Notes: generated from the letters alone by a model not told the origin. 64,000 nucleotides of DNA from Caulobacterales bacterium (GCA_038327995.1 JBBQLP010000010.1:3851-67850), one strand, 5' to 3'. Counted from the stretch's first letter, positions 8,906 to 18,541 are shown. Numbers and translations: made by a program.

Positions 8906-9402
8906 GACGCGTCGGGGGGCTGATCGCGGCCGGACTGGCTTTCGCGCTTCCCGCATTCGCCTTTGCGGACGGACCCAATCCGAAAGCGCTCGACTGGTTG
9001 GTCGGGCGCTGGACGGCGGAAAAGACCGCCGACGGCGCCGCTGGCGGCTTCAGTTTCGAGCGTGAGGCAGGCGGTAAGGTGATCGTGCGTCATAACCACG
9101 CCGACTACCCGGCCTCGGGTGCGCGGCCAGCCTCTCACCATGACGACCTGATGGTGGTCTATTTCGACGGCCCCCTCCGCGCCGACTACTGGGACAACGA
9201 AGGCCACACCATCCACTACACGGGCGCTGTCAGCGAAGACGGGCGGGTGATCTTTACGGACACCGCTGCGTCAGGCCCGCACTACCGCCTCACCTACAAA
9301 CCGCAGGGCGCCCAGGGGCTGTCAGGCCAGTTCGAGGTCGAGCCGCCGGGCGAGGCTGCGTTCAAGAGCTACCTCACCTGGACGGCGGTGCGAGTCCCCT
9401 AA
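8902..9402 (+). CDS. exported hypothetical protein (166 aa)
   Basis: The frame of ORF 8659..9402 overlaps the thiolase. The TTG at 8902 overlaps the thiolase stop (ATTGA) and yields a signal peptide (RRVGGLIAAGLAFALPAFAFA). The rest has a coding-like composition. Confidence 0.55.
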   Translation: MRRVGGLIAAGLAFALPAFAFADGPNPKALDWLVGRWTAEKTADGAAGGFSFEREAGGKVIVRHNHADYPASGARPASHHDDLMVVYFDGPLRADYWDNEGHTIHYTGAVSEDGRVIFTDTAASGPHYRLTYKPQGAQGLSGQFEVEPPGEAAFKSYLTWTAVRVP

Positions 9403-10292
9403 CTCATCGGCTCGGGCTGCGGCATGGGTACATCCTCCGGCGCGGGGATGAAGTCGTGGTCGTCGCCCTCTGGGAGTTTCATTCGCCCGGCCTTCCAGTC
9501 CTCTTTCGCCTGCTGAATCCGCGCGTGCGAGGAGGAGACGAGGTTCCACCAGATGTAGCGCTTGCCCACCGGCTCGCCGCCGAGCGCCATCACTCTGGCC
9601 TTGGTCACGGCGGTCAGCACCGCGTCGGCGCCCCTGGCGAAGACCAGCATCTGGCCCGCCTCATAGGTGCGATCATCCACCTCCACGCTGCCTTCGACAA
9701 TGAAGGCCGCGCGCTCGGAATACTCGCCCGGCATCCCGGCCTTGGTTCCGGGCTCCAGTTCCCAATGGATGTAGAAGAGCGGCGAGTGGGTCTGCACCTT
9801 CGCTGCAGCCCCATAGGCCGAACCCGCCACCAGCCGGGCCCACAACCCACCTACCTGATAGGTCGGCAGATCATCGCCCTTGTGATTGGCGAAGGTGGGG
9901 TCGGTCTCTTCCGCCTCGTTGGGCAATGCGACCCAGGCCTGGAGACCATGCGAACGGCTCGGACCTTTCAGGATTTCGGGATCGGTGCGCTCGGAATGGA
10001 CGATCCCCTTGCCAGCAGTCATCCAGTTCACCTCGCCGGGCTTGATCGCCAGCGCCGAACCGAGATTATCTCGGTGAAAGATTTCGCCCTCGAACAGATA
10101 GGTGACGGTAGAGAGGCCGATATGAGGATGCGGGCGCACATCTATCCCATGGCCGGGAGCGAACACCGCCGGTCCCATGTGGTCGAGGAAGATGAAAGGC
10201 CCGACCATCCGGTGCGTGGGAAAGGGCAGAATCCGCCCGACCTCAAACCCGCCGAGGTCGCGCGGGCGGCTGGGAATGACGAGTTCGATCAT
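9399..10292 (-). CDS. pirin family protein
   Basis: It has the cupin metal motif HPHIGLSTVTYLFEGE, with HSE downstream. The length is pirin-like (297 aa, bicupin). Confidence 0.88.
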   Translation of the reverse strand: MIELVIPSRPRDLGGFEVGRILPFPTHRMVGPFIFLDHMGPAVFAPGHGIDVRPHPHIGLSTVTYLFEGEIFHRDNLGSALAIKPGEVNWMTAGKGIVHSERTDPEILKGPSRSHGLQAWVALPNEAEETDPTFANHKGDDLPTYQVGGLWARLVAGSAYGAAAKVQTHSPLFYIHWELEPGTKAGMPGEYSERAAFIVEGSVEVDDRTYEAGQMLVFARGADAVLTAVTKARVMALGGEPVGKRYIWWNLVSSSHARIQQAKEDWKAGRMKLPEGDDHDFIPAPEDVPMPQPEPMS

Positions 10293-10316
10293 GGCTCCGG
10301 TTTGCGTAGTTCGGCC

Positions 10317-10850
10317 CTATCCCAATCCGCTCACACAGGGGCTGATCAGGCCCAGAGGAACGGCGGTGGAGGTTTTGACGCTGCGCATGACGATGCGGCT
10401 CTCGACGTTGGAGACGAGGCCGAGGGAGAGCAGCTTTTCGCGCAGGAAATCGTCAAACGCGTGCATATCCCGAGTGATGATCCTCAGCACGTAGTCCATG
10501 CCGCCCGTCACCGTGGCGCATTGCGCGACCTCAGGCCACTTGACCACGGCGGCCTCGAACGCTTCGAGGTTTTCCTTGGTGGGGAGCGACAGCTTCACCT
10601 CGGCGAACACCTCAAAGGCCAGGCCGAGCTTTTCGCGGTCGAGGATGGTGACGCGCTTTTCGATAATACCCACGTCTTCCAGCCGCTTTATCCGTCGCCA
10701 GCAGGGGGAGGACGACAAGCCCACCCGCTCGGCAATCTCGGCCACCGAAAGGCTGGCGTCGTGCTGGATCAGGTCGAGGATTTTAGCGTCGATGGCGTCC
10801 AGAACTTCCGCCAAATCTAACTCTCCCGCGGCATCACCGTTGGCGAGCAA
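10317..10850 (-). CDS. Lrp/AsnC family transcriptional regulator
   Basis: N-terminal HTH (LDAIDAKILDLIQHDASLSVAEIAERVGLSSSPCWRRIKRLE) plus a C-terminal RAM/AsnC_trans_reg domain. Confidence 0.88.
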   Translation of the reverse strand: MLANGDAAGELDLAEVLDAIDAKILDLIQHDASLSVAEIAERVGLSSSPCWRRIKRLEDVGIIEKRVTILDREKLGLAFEVFAEVKLSLPTKENLEAFEAAVVKWPEVAQCATVTGGMDYVLRIITRDMHAFDDFLREKLLSLGLVSNVESRIVMRSVKTSTAVPLGLISPCVSGLG

Positions 10851-10969
10851 GGGCAGAATTTTTCCACCCTATGCCCGCATCGAAGGGAATAGGGCTAGAT
10901 TGATGCTATGGCAAGGCGATATAAGCACGTTTATGTCGCGAGATGGCGGATCGGCGACGTCGCTGTGCT

Positions 10970-11080
10970 TTAGCGATGCGAGGCGTAGGTCGAGAAATCC
11001 GCCTGCGACGGGGTGGCGATGGCGATATAGCCCACGCCCAGAACGGCGGCGATGGCGATGAAGAGCGAGAGCATACGCAT
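10970..11080 (-). CDS. candidate 36-aa hydrophobic peptide (unannotated mini-ORF)
   Basis: My own translation gives MRMLSLFIAIAAVLGVGYIAIATPSQADFSTYASHR. It has one predicted TM helix and about 31 of 36 codons end in G/C, as in host genes. There is no clear Shine-Dalgarno sequence. It is below the ORF-track size cutoff. Confidence 0.3.
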   Translation of the reverse strand: MRMLSLFIAIAAVLGVGYIAIATPSQADFSTYASHR

Positions 11081-11155
11081 AGGGAGTATCCAGCAAGGTA
11101 AAGGCTACAAAGCGCGTTGGCCGCCCTAAAGGTTCCATTGCGGCCCAACAAAAGT

Positions 11156-12511
11156 TCAGGCAGGCAACCGCACGACCGCGCGAAGACCGCCCAACGGGCT
11201 CCTCTCCAGCGTCACGTCGCCCCCGTGCCCCCGCGCGACGTCCCGGGCAATGGCGAGGCCCAGCCCCACGCCCTTGTCGTTCTGGTTGCGGGCCTCATCC
11301 AGGCGCGAGAAGGGGACGAAGGCCTCCTCATAGCGGTCTTCCGGGATGCCCGGCCCATCGTCATCCACCAATATCTCCACGCCGCCGGTCGGACGAGCGT
11401 GCACCGCCACAGTAACCCGCGCCCCGTGGCTGGCAGCGTTCATCACCAGGTTGGCGAGGGCGCGCTTGAGGGCGAGAGGCCGCCCGCTTGCTTGCAATCC
11501 CGTATACGAAATCACCTCGACGTGCGCGCCCGCCCGCCCGGCGCCTTCGCACACGTCGCGGATCAATTTGTCCAGATCGACGGCCTCCACCGCTTCGCCG
11601 CCCTGCCCGCGCGCAAACGCAAGATATTCGTCTATCATGTGCTCCATTTCGATCAGGTCACGCTTGATGGCGTCGATCCGACCAGAGGGAGGCGCTAAGG
11701 CGGCTTCGAGCTTGAGCCGGGTGAGCGGCGTTCGGAGATCGTGACTGACCGAGGCGAGCAGCACCGTGCGCTGGTCGATGTGGCGCTGAATGCGCTCCTT
11801 CATGGCCAGGAAGGCGTATCCGGCCATGCGCACCTCTCGCGCGCCGTGCGGTTTGAAGCGGGCGTCCTCGCCCTTGCCAAAGGCGTCCGCCGCCTCGGCT
11901 AGTCGCTCGATCGCCCGCACTTGGTTGCGGATGAACAGGATCGCTACCCCCGCCAGTGTCAGCGTCGCCGCCATTAGCCACAGGATGAAGACGTGTCCCC
12001 GCGTAGCGAAGGCGCGCTCGCGCGGTGCGATAATCCGCAGGACCCCGCCCTTCACCGCCACCCTTATGTCCACGTAGCCAGGGTAGCGAACAGTATCGAG
12101 CCAGAAGTTTTCATCCAGCCGGTCGTCCAGAGCGCTACGCAGAGTCTCATCGAACGCTGGAAACAGGGGGTGGGAGAGATCGGTGGGCAGGGTCCGGCTG
12201 GGCTCGAAGGCCAGAGATATGGACTGGGTGCGCTCGGCGCGTTCGGCGATCTTCGTCAGCGTCCGGGGCTGCGGGTCAGCCTGATAGAGCGAGACGTCCC
12301 AGGCTACGTCTCCCGCCAGCGCTTCGGAAAGCTGGCCCGTCACCGTGCGCCAGTGCGCCTCGAAGAAGGCGTAGGCCACCGCACCCTGCATCAGCATGAT
12401 GGGCATCAGGATGATCAGCAGCGAGCGCCCGAACAGGGAGGTCGGCAGCCAGCGCTTGAGAAAGCGCGGCACAAGGCGGCGCACCAGATAACGAAGCGGC
12501 CTGCGCGCCAT
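11156..12511 (-). CDS. EnvZ-like sensor histidine kinase (2 TM, HAMP, HisKA, HATPase_c)
   Basis: It has the H-box SVSHDLRTPLTR, the N-box LANLVMNA, the G1 box DDDGPGIP and the G2 box GVGLGLAI. The start overlaps the stop of the upstream response regulator by 1 nt. Confidence 0.9.
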   Translation of the reverse strand: MARRPLRYLVRRLVPRFLKRWLPTSLFGRSLLIILMPIMLMQGAVAYAFFEAHWRTVTGQLSEALAGDVAWDVSLYQADPQPRTLTKIAERAERTQSISLAFEPSRTLPTDLSHPLFPAFDETLRSALDDRLDENFWLDTVRYPGYVDIRVAVKGGVLRIIAPRERAFATRGHVFILWLMAATLTLAGVAILFIRNQVRAIERLAEAADAFGKGEDARFKPHGAREVRMAGYAFLAMKERIQRHIDQRTVLLASVSHDLRTPLTRLKLEAALAPPSGRIDAIKRDLIEMEHMIDEYLAFARGQGGEAVEAVDLDKLIRDVCEGAGRAGAHVEVISYTGLQASGRPLALKRALANLVMNAASHGARVTVAVHARPTGGVEILVDDDGPGIPEDRYEEAFVPFSRLDEARNQNDKGVGLGLAIARDVARGHGGDVTLERSPLGGLRAVVRLPA

Positions 12512-13224
12512 CAGTCGGGCGCCAGTTTATAGCCGACGCCGCGCACGGTCTGCAGATAACGCGGGTTCTTCGGGTCGTCCTCCAGCTTGCGGCGAAGGCG
12601 CGTGACTTGAACATCCACGGCTCGTGCACCCGCCTCGCCGATCTCCGCTCCGTCGCCTGAAGCCTGCGCCAGTTCATAGCGATCAATGGCCATGTCGGGC
12701 GACTGGGCGAGGCGTTTCAGAAGCCGTGCTTCACCTTCGGTCAGGCGCACCGGCGCCCCGTCCTGGGTCAGTTCGTTCCGGTCCATGTCGAAGCTGCATC
12801 GGCCCAACGCTATTGTGCGGCCCGGCCCGGCGCGGCCGCCCTGGGCGCGGCGCAAGATGGCCTCGATGCGAAGGAGCAGCTCCTGCGGTTCGAAGGGCTT
12901 TTGCAGATAGTCGTCCGCGCCGGTCTCAAGGCCAGCAATACGGTCGGTGGGCTCGCCGCGCGCGGTCAGGAGTAGCACGGGGGTCGGGGAACGGCCTCGC
13001 ACCCAGCGCGTCAGAGACAGTCCATCCTCCCCCGGCATCATCACGTCGAAGACCGCCAGATCAAACTCCAGCGTCTGCATCAGCTTGCGCGCCGCCGCCG
13101 CGTCCGCCGCCCCAGTGACGCGAAAGCCGGAGCGGGCCAGATACTCTTTCAAGAGCGAGCGGATGCGGTCGTCATCGTCCACGACCAGAAGGTGACGACC
13201 ATTGGGAGCGGTGTTTGCGTTCAT
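12511..13224 (-). CDS. OmpR-family response regulator
   Basis: The receiver has LLVVDDD and DLAVFDVMMPGEDG. The C-terminal winged helix has VDVQVTRLRRKLE and IQTVRGVGYKL. Confidence 0.92.
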   Translation of the reverse strand: MNANTAPNGRHLLVVDDDDRIRSLLKEYLARSGFRVTGAADAAAARKLMQTLEFDLAVFDVMMPGEDGLSLTRWVRGRSPTPVLLLTARGEPTDRIAGLETGADDYLQKPFEPQELLLRIEAILRRAQGGRAGPGRTIALGRCSFDMDRNELTQDGAPVRLTEGEARLLKRLAQSPDMAIDRYELAQASGDGAEIGEAGARAVDVQVTRLRRKLEDDPKNPRYLQTVRGVGYKLAPD

Positions 13225-13721
13225 CGGCCAATTTCCGGGCGGGCATTTGCTCTCGGCCCGGCCATGGCGGAAAGGATCCGCCGGGCGCCGGGCGCGGCGT
13301 CGAGCCCGCCATCCCGATATGCCCGCGCCAGGTGGTCGCGAAGGCGCGCGGTGATCCGGCTCTCGAAAGCTTTACCCTCGGGGGTCAGTCGTGTGGGGCG
13401 GCGGCGGGCGTCGAGGTCGCCGTGCTCGCTGGTCGCATAGTTGGCGGCGATCAGATCGCGTAATACCCGACTGGCCCCTTGCTTGGAGAGCCCAGTCAGG
13501 CGGGAAAGGTCCTGCACGCCAATTCCGGGCCTGCGTTTCAGCAGCATGGCGGCACGATAGTGTCCGCGCCCTAGGCTCAAGGGTTCCCCCTCCAGTCCCG
13601 CGTCGGCGCTTATCCAGAACGCGGCTTCGGCGAGCACGAACACCTCCACGGCGGCGTCCAACTCCTCCTCGCTCAGGATCAGGCGGGGATCGGCCCCGAT
13701 AATGGTGGCAACGATGCTCAC
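13221..13721 (-). CDS. MarR family transcriptional regulator
   Basis: It shows a winged-HTH pattern (LLKRRPGIGVQDLSRLTGLSKQGASRVLRDL ... RRRPTRLTPEG). A 4-nt overlap with the downstream response regulator implies one operon. Confidence 0.8.
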   Translation of the reverse strand: MSIVATIIGADPRLILSEEELDAAVEVFVLAEAAFWISADAGLEGEPLSLGRGHYRAAMLLKRRPGIGVQDLSRLTGLSKQGASRVLRDLIAANYATSEHGDLDARRRPTRLTPEGKAFESRITARLRDHLARAYRDGGLDAAPGARRILSAMAGPRANARPEIGR

Positions 13722-13807
13722 GCGCGAACGTCTGCAAGCGTTGACGGCGCCGATGCCGGAGGGTTTAACGTGCGCAGAGCCCGCTCCCCAAAGGTGGATT
13801 GTTGCCG

Positions 13808-14695
13808 ATGACCCCCGTTCCCTTCGATGATCGTGATGGCTGGATCTGGCTTGACGGCAATTTTGTGCCTTGGCGCGAAGCGAAGATACACGTTCTGACC
13901 CATGCGCTCCATTATGCGTCCTGCGTGTTCGAGGGAGAACGTCTCTACAGCGGCGAAATCTTCAAGCTGACCCAGCACACCGAACGCCTGTTCCGCTCCG
14001 CCGAACTGCTCGATATGCAAATCCCGTTCAGCGTGGCCGAGATCGATGAAGCCTGCAAGGAGACGTGCCAGCGCATGGGCCTGACGGACGGCTATGTGCG
14101 CCCCTTCGTCTGGCGCGGGGCCGAGGTGATGGGCGTGGCGTCGAAGGGCTCAAAGGTTCACGTGGCCATCGCCGCCTGGGAGTGGCCGAGCTATTTCGAT
14201 CCTGAGCAGAAGAAAAAAGGCATCCGCATCACCTGGTCGAAGTGGAAACGCCCTTCGCCTGAAACCATTCCCTCCGAAGCCAAGGCGGCGGGGCTCTACA
14301 TGATTTGCACCCTGTCCAAAGATGCGGCGGAGCGTGAGGGGTACGCCGACGCCCTGATGCTCGACTACCGGGGCTATGTGGCCGAGTGCACGGGCGCCAA
14401 TGTGTTTTTTGTCAAGGATGGAGTGATCCACACTCCGACCCCAGACTGTTTCCTGAACGGCATCACGCGCCTGACCATAATCGACCTAGCCCGCTGGCGA
14501 GGGTTCGAGGTGGTCGAGCGGCATATCAGGCCGGAAGAGCTTGCCAGCTTCACCGAATGCTTCATCACCGGATCGGCAGCGGAGGTCACGCCAGTGAGCG
14601 AAGTCGGCGAGCATCGCTTTACGCCGGGCAATATTTCGCTGTCGCTGATGGACGACTACAGCAAGTTGGTTCGCCGCCAGATCAGCATGGGGTGA
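13808..14695 (+). CDS. ilvE: branched-chain amino acid aminotransferase (class IV)
   Basis: Motifs: HALHYASCVFEGER, AKAAGLYM, EC(T)GANVFFV, GITR. The ATG at 13808, 10 nt after AAGGTGG, is preferred over the TTG at 13799. Confidence 0.9.
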   Translation: MTPVPFDDRDGWIWLDGNFVPWREAKIHVLTHALHYASCVFEGERLYSGEIFKLTQHTERLFRSAELLDMQIPFSVAEIDEACKETCQRMGLTDGYVRPFVWRGAEVMGVASKGSKVHVAIAAWEWPSYFDPEQKKKGIRITWSKWKRPSPETIPSEAKAAGLYMICTLSKDAAEREGYADALMLDYRGYVAECTGANVFFVKDGVIHTPTPDCFLNGITRLTIIDLARWRGFEVVERHIRPEELASFTECFITGSAAEVTPVSEVGEHRFTPGNISLSLMDDYSKLVRRQISMG

Positions 14696-14865
14696 CGGTG
14701 AGGTAGACGCCGCAGCGCTCTACCGCTTCTCTTCCTGCCCCGCCACCGCCGCGTCGATGATCCACCGCAAGCCTTCGGGGTCGAACCTGAAAGCGACATC
14801 GCTCACAAAAGCTGAGGCAGTCACCTGCTCCATCAGGCGCGAGCCACCTAGCAAAGAGGGGAGGG

Positions 14866-15486
14866 CTATTCGCTATGCGGGGGGAGCAAAGCCTTACGGG
14901 GAGCCAGGGCCTTCGCCGCACCGCGCGCATACTGCCACCCGGTAATCAGGGTGATGACAACGGCGACCCACAGCAGCGCCCCGGCGAGCAATCGTAGCCC
15001 CGAGCCTGAAGGCTGCAACACAGCGGGCATGGAGAGGGCGAGGGCGATAAGTTGCACCGTGGTCTTCCACTTGGCGAGTTGAGTGACGGGAAGCTTGATT
15101 CCCAGAGGCGCGATCCCTTCGCGCAGGCCCGAGACGAACACCTCGCGGAACAGGATCAAAAAGCCCGGCAGCGCCACCATCCCCTTCGGCTCGATCACCG
15201 CCAGTCCCAAGATGGCGGCGGCGACAGCGATCTTGTCGGCAATGGGGTCCAGCACCGCGCCCCACGGCGAGGTGGCGTTGAGCTTTCTCGCTAGCCAGCC
15301 GTCGAAATAGTCGGTGATGGCTGCGAAGGCGAAGATGATGAAGCTGGCCCAGACCAGCCGATCACCCCCGGCGGGCGGAGCCCCGTCCTGTCCGGGCAGG
15401 GCCCCCGCAGCTCCCGCCAGAAGGAAGAAGATCAGCGCTCCAAGCAGGATGCGCGAGGCGGTGAGGATGTTTGGGAGGGCTTTCAC
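14866..15486 (-). CDS. pgsA: CDP-diacylglycerol--glycerol-3-phosphate 3-phosphatidyltransferase (CDP-alcohol phosphatidyltransferase family)
   Basis: It carries the signature D(x2)DG(x2)AR...G(x3)D(x3)D, seen as DYFDGWLARKL...GAVLDPIADK. It is a multi-TM protein. It sits 11 nt downstream of flgL on the same strand. Confidence 0.85.
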   Translation of the reverse strand: MKALPNILTASRILLGALIFFLLAGAAGALPGQDGAPPAGGDRLVWASFIIFAFAAITDYFDGWLARKLNATSPWGAVLDPIADKIAVAAAILGLAVIEPKGMVALPGFLILFREVFVSGLREGIAPLGIKLPVTQLAKWKTTVQLIALALSMPAVLQPSGSGLRLLAGALLWVAVVITLITGWQYARGAAKALAPRKALLPPHSE

Positions 15487-15497
15487 ACACTCATCTA

Positions 15498-16430
15498 CTA
15501 ACCAGGAGACAAAAGGTTCAATAGCGAGACGTTTTTCAGGCTGGAGAAGACCTGGGCGGACGCTTGCAAGGCGGTCTGGGCCAGCGTCAGGGTCGTCGCC
15601 GCCTTGGCTTGGTCGATGTTGGTGAGGTCGTCCACCGTCGAAGTCAGCGCCGCCTGCGTGCTTTTCAGCGACGCCTGGCTGGCGGAGACCTGGTTCTGCA
15701 AAAGCCCGTTCTGCGCCACCTGATCGTTCACCCCCGCATAGGCGCTGTCGAAACTCGAGAGCGCCCCGGCGAGAAAGTTGGTCTGCGCGGCTGTCAGTTT
15801 GCCGGAAAGGGGTCCGCCCGGTCCGGTCGAATAGGCCTGGATGCTGGCCAGCGCATTGAACAGCGGTGTGGCCACGTTCGAGGCCGTGAAGCCGGTGGCG
15901 ATCTTGGTCTGGTCGTCCAGGCGGCTGACCGTCGGGTTGTTGTCGTTCTTGAAGGTTGCAGGCACCCCGCCTCCGGCGGTGAGGTCGGACAGGTTCTGGG
16001 CCGTGGCCGGGGCCGTGCCCGTGACCCCGCCCGCGAACAGATAGCGTCCCTCATACTGGGTGTTGAGGGTGGACACTGTTTGGCTAAGCTGACTTTGCAG
16101 GCTGGTGAGCAGGGCTGTGGCGTCGCCGGTGGCGAGGGCCTCGGCCACGGCGGTGCGCGCAGTCTGGGTGTTGGTCGCCACCTGCGACAGGGCTTGGTCC
16201 TGCACCGCCAACCGATCCGACAGCGCCGTCCCGTTGGCGATGAAGGCGGTGTTGCGGGCCTGCAAGGTGTTGGTGGCGGTCAGAACATCGGCCTGGGCCG
16301 AATAGCCCTTCAGGTCGCTGGCCAGCTTGCCGGTGGAATATTGCTGCTGCGCCACGCTTTGTCCGGCCTGGGCGGTCAGGATGTTGAGCAGCGAGGATTG
16401 GTAGCTGGTGGCGGTGGAGATGCGGTCCAT
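15498..16430 (-). CDS. flgL: flagellar hook-associated protein 3, FlgL
   Basis: It has flagellin-like N- and C-terminal helical segments (MDRISTATSYQSSLLNIL...; ...TLAQTALQASAQVFSSL). The size is right for FlgL. It lies immediately after flgK with a 1-nt overlap. Confidence 0.85.
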   Translation of the reverse strand: MDRISTATSYQSSLLNILTAQAGQSVAQQQYSTGKLASDLKGYSAQADVLTATNTLQARNTAFIANGTALSDRLAVQDQALSQVATNTQTARTAVAEALATGDATALLTSLQSQLSQTVSTLNTQYEGRYLFAGGVTGTAPATAQNLSDLTAGGGVPATFKNDNNPTVSRLDDQTKIATGFTASNVATPLFNALASIQAYSTGPGGPLSGKLTAAQTNFLAGALSSFDSAYAGVNDQVAQNGLLQNQVSASQASLKSTQAALTSTVDDLTNIDQAKAATTLTLAQTALQASAQVFSSLKNVSLLNLLSPG

Positions 16431-18541
16431 CAGGGTCCAACTATGCTGAGGAGGGTGTTGTAGAGATCCCTGCTGGCCTGCACGAGGCGGGCTGAGGCGT
16501 TGTAGGCCTGCTGGAAGGTGGTCAGGTTGATCAGCTCCTCATCCAGGTTGACGCCTTCGGAGGAGGTGCGCCGGGCCGCGGCTTCGGTGGAGACCGCCCC
16601 CGCCTGGGTTTTCGCTGTGTCGGCGGCGGCGGACTTGCGGGCGATGGCGGCGGCTATGTTTGAGGCGTAGTCCGACAGGGTGGTGGCTCCGGCGGCCAGC
16701 CCGCCAACGGCGCTGAAAACGTGGCTGGCCAGTCCCGCCTGTCCCAACGCGTCGGCGCCCGACGTGTCCCCCGCCGCCAGCACCGAGGTTCCCACCGGCG
16801 CTGAAAGGTTCAGGGTGGAGAGCGCCAGTTTCGACGGGCTTTGCAGAAGGTCGCTGCGCACGGAGTAGCCTGCGGCGCGGCTGTTGCGCTGCGCTGCGCC
16901 GATGCCGAAGATCTGGCTGATCGAGGTTCCGGTCGCGGTGTTGGCGGTGTTGTCCGCCGCCACGGCCAGGGTCAGTCCCGATCCCGTATTGGCTGTGAAG
17001 GCCAGCGCGCCATTGGCGTCCAGCGCGAACGATCCATAAAGCCCCACTCCGCCGGAAGGGGCGTTCAGGGCGCCGAGCAGCGAGGCCACGGTCGCGCCGG
17101 CTGGGGTGGCCACTGTTATATCCTGCAACCGCACCCCGCTGGCGTCGGCGACTCGCAAGGTGATCGATTGTCCCGCCGGAAATCCCGAGGCGTCGGTGGA
17201 TTTCAGCCCGGTGTTGTAGTCTGCGACGGCGCTGGAGGAGACCAGGTCGTTCAGTCCGAAGAAGTCGGAGAACCCTTTTCCCGCCTTGCCCGCTGGCGTG
17301 GTCGCATCGTCCTGGATCGCCAATCCATCCGTTCCGGTTGACGCCAACTTGAGCGCCCCGCCCGAGAAGCTGGCTCCCGCCGCTGGCGAAAGGGCCGTAT
17401 TCAGAGTGGAGAGGAAGGTGGCGGGGGTGAATCCGGTGGCGGCCCCTCCATCCACCTTGATGGTCTGCGCGTCGAAATCGATATCGATCCGGTGGTCCAG
17501 TGCGCCGGAGGAGGCGACCTCGGCGATGGTGGTCTTGCCGTTGAAGCCGGAGATGGCAGTCGGAAGGTCGAGCCCGATATTGCGCCCGGCCAGCAAAGTT
17601 GGCGGCGGGGCGGCGGAGTATTTGTTGTGGATCGTGTTCAGTTCGCTGGCGACGCCGCTGGTCAGCTCCGAAAGCTGCGACTGAACCGCAGGCAGGTCGG
17701 TATTGCGCAGGGACAGAAGGCCGCCAAGCTCGCCCGACGTTAGCCGCGACCCCAAGGCCGAGGAAGCGCCATTGGCGTTGGTCAGGGTGATCTGCCCGGT
17801 TGGGCCCGAGGCGTCGTAACTGAGCGTGGAAGCGCCGTTCTGGCCCGCTAGCACCGTGCCGTCCGAGGCGCGAATGACGGCGCCGCCCTGGGGCGTCGCG
17901 CCCACCTTCACATCGATCAGCGCCGATAGCCGGTCGATCAACTGGCTCTGCTGGTTTTGCGAGCCGGTGGCGTCGCCGTTCGAGACCGAGGCGCGGGAAA
18001 TGTCGCTATTGAGGGCGTCGATCTGACTGAGCAGGCTGTTCACCTCGGTCAGGTCGGCGCCGATCTTCTGGTCGGTCTGGGCGCTGAGTTGCGCCAGGCT
18101 CGTGGCCACCGAAGCAGACTGGTTGAAGAAGGCGCCGACCTGCGACAGAGCCTGTGAGCGTCCGGCGGTGGTCGGGTTGGCGGCGAGGGTCGAGAAGGCG
18201 GTGAAGACCCTGTCGAGCGTCGAGAAATATGAGCCCGCCGCGCTCGGGTCGCCAAACAGGCTCTGGGCCTGATCCAGCGTAGAAGCCTGGACGGAGGCTT
18301 TGGTCGCATCGGCTGCGGCGCCGAGGCTGGCGGCCTGCAGAAACTGGTCGATGACGTTGCGTATCTGGGCGATGCCGACGCCGGTTCCCTGACCCGCGAC
18401 CACCCGCGACTGCGCGTCGGCGGTCTTGCGCACATAGCCAGGAGTGTTGACGTTGGCGACGTTGTCGGAAACGACTCTGAGCTGCGCCTGGGCGGTCTGA
18501 AGCCCCGAATTGGCGGTCCCGAGGATGCTGTTCAACGACAT
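16430..18541 (-). CDS. flgK: flagellar hook-associated protein 1, FlgK
   Basis: It has the N-terminal rod/hook motif SLNSILGTANSGLQTAQAQLRVVSDNVANVNTPGY and the C-terminal EELINLTTFQQAYNASARLV. The ATG at 18541, with GGAGG 7 nt upstream, is preferred over the start at 18565. Confidence 0.92.
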   Translation of the reverse strand: MSLNSILGTANSGLQTAQAQLRVVSDNVANVNTPGYVRKTADAQSRVVAGQGTGVGIAQIRNVIDQFLQAASLGAAADATKASVQASTLDQAQSLFGDPSAAGSYFSTLDRVFTAFSTLAANPTTAGRSQALSQVGAFFNQSASVATSLAQLSAQTDQKIGADLTEVNSLLSQIDALNSDISRASVSNGDATGSQNQQSQLIDRLSALIDVKVGATPQGGAVIRASDGTVLAGQNGASTLSYDASGPTGQITLTNANGASSALGSRLTSGELGGLLSLRNTDLPAVQSQLSELTSGVASELNTIHNKYSAAPPPTLLAGRNIGLDLPTAISGFNGKTTIAEVASSGALDHRIDIDFDAQTIKVDGGAATGFTPATFLSTLNTALSPAAGASFSGGALKLASTGTDGLAIQDDATTPAGKAGKGFSDFFGLNDLVSSSAVADYNTGLKSTDASGFPAGQSITLRVADASGVRLQDITVATPAGATVASLLGALNAPSGGVGLYGSFALDANGALAFTANTGSGLTLAVAADNTANTATGTSISQIFGIGAAQRNSRAAGYSVRSDLLQSPSKLALSTLNLSAPVGTSVLAAGDTSGADALGQAGLASHVFSAVGGLAAGATTLSDYASNIAAAIARKSAAADTAKTQAGAVSTEAAARRTSSEGVNLDEELINLTTFQQAYNASARLVQASRDLYNTLLSIVGP

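Noticed and set aside
7724-8956. A 410-aa ORF antisense to the thiolase gene. Similar long antisense or out-of-frame ORFs occur at 9456-10820, 18541-19395, 28611-29723, 37033-38520, 46201-47598, 48547-49422, 56995-58023 and 58384-59427.
   Set aside because: Their translations are Arg/Gly/His/Pro-rich with no recognisable motifs. Each lies opposite a gene with unambiguous family signatures. Long stop-free antisense frames are expected at this GC content.
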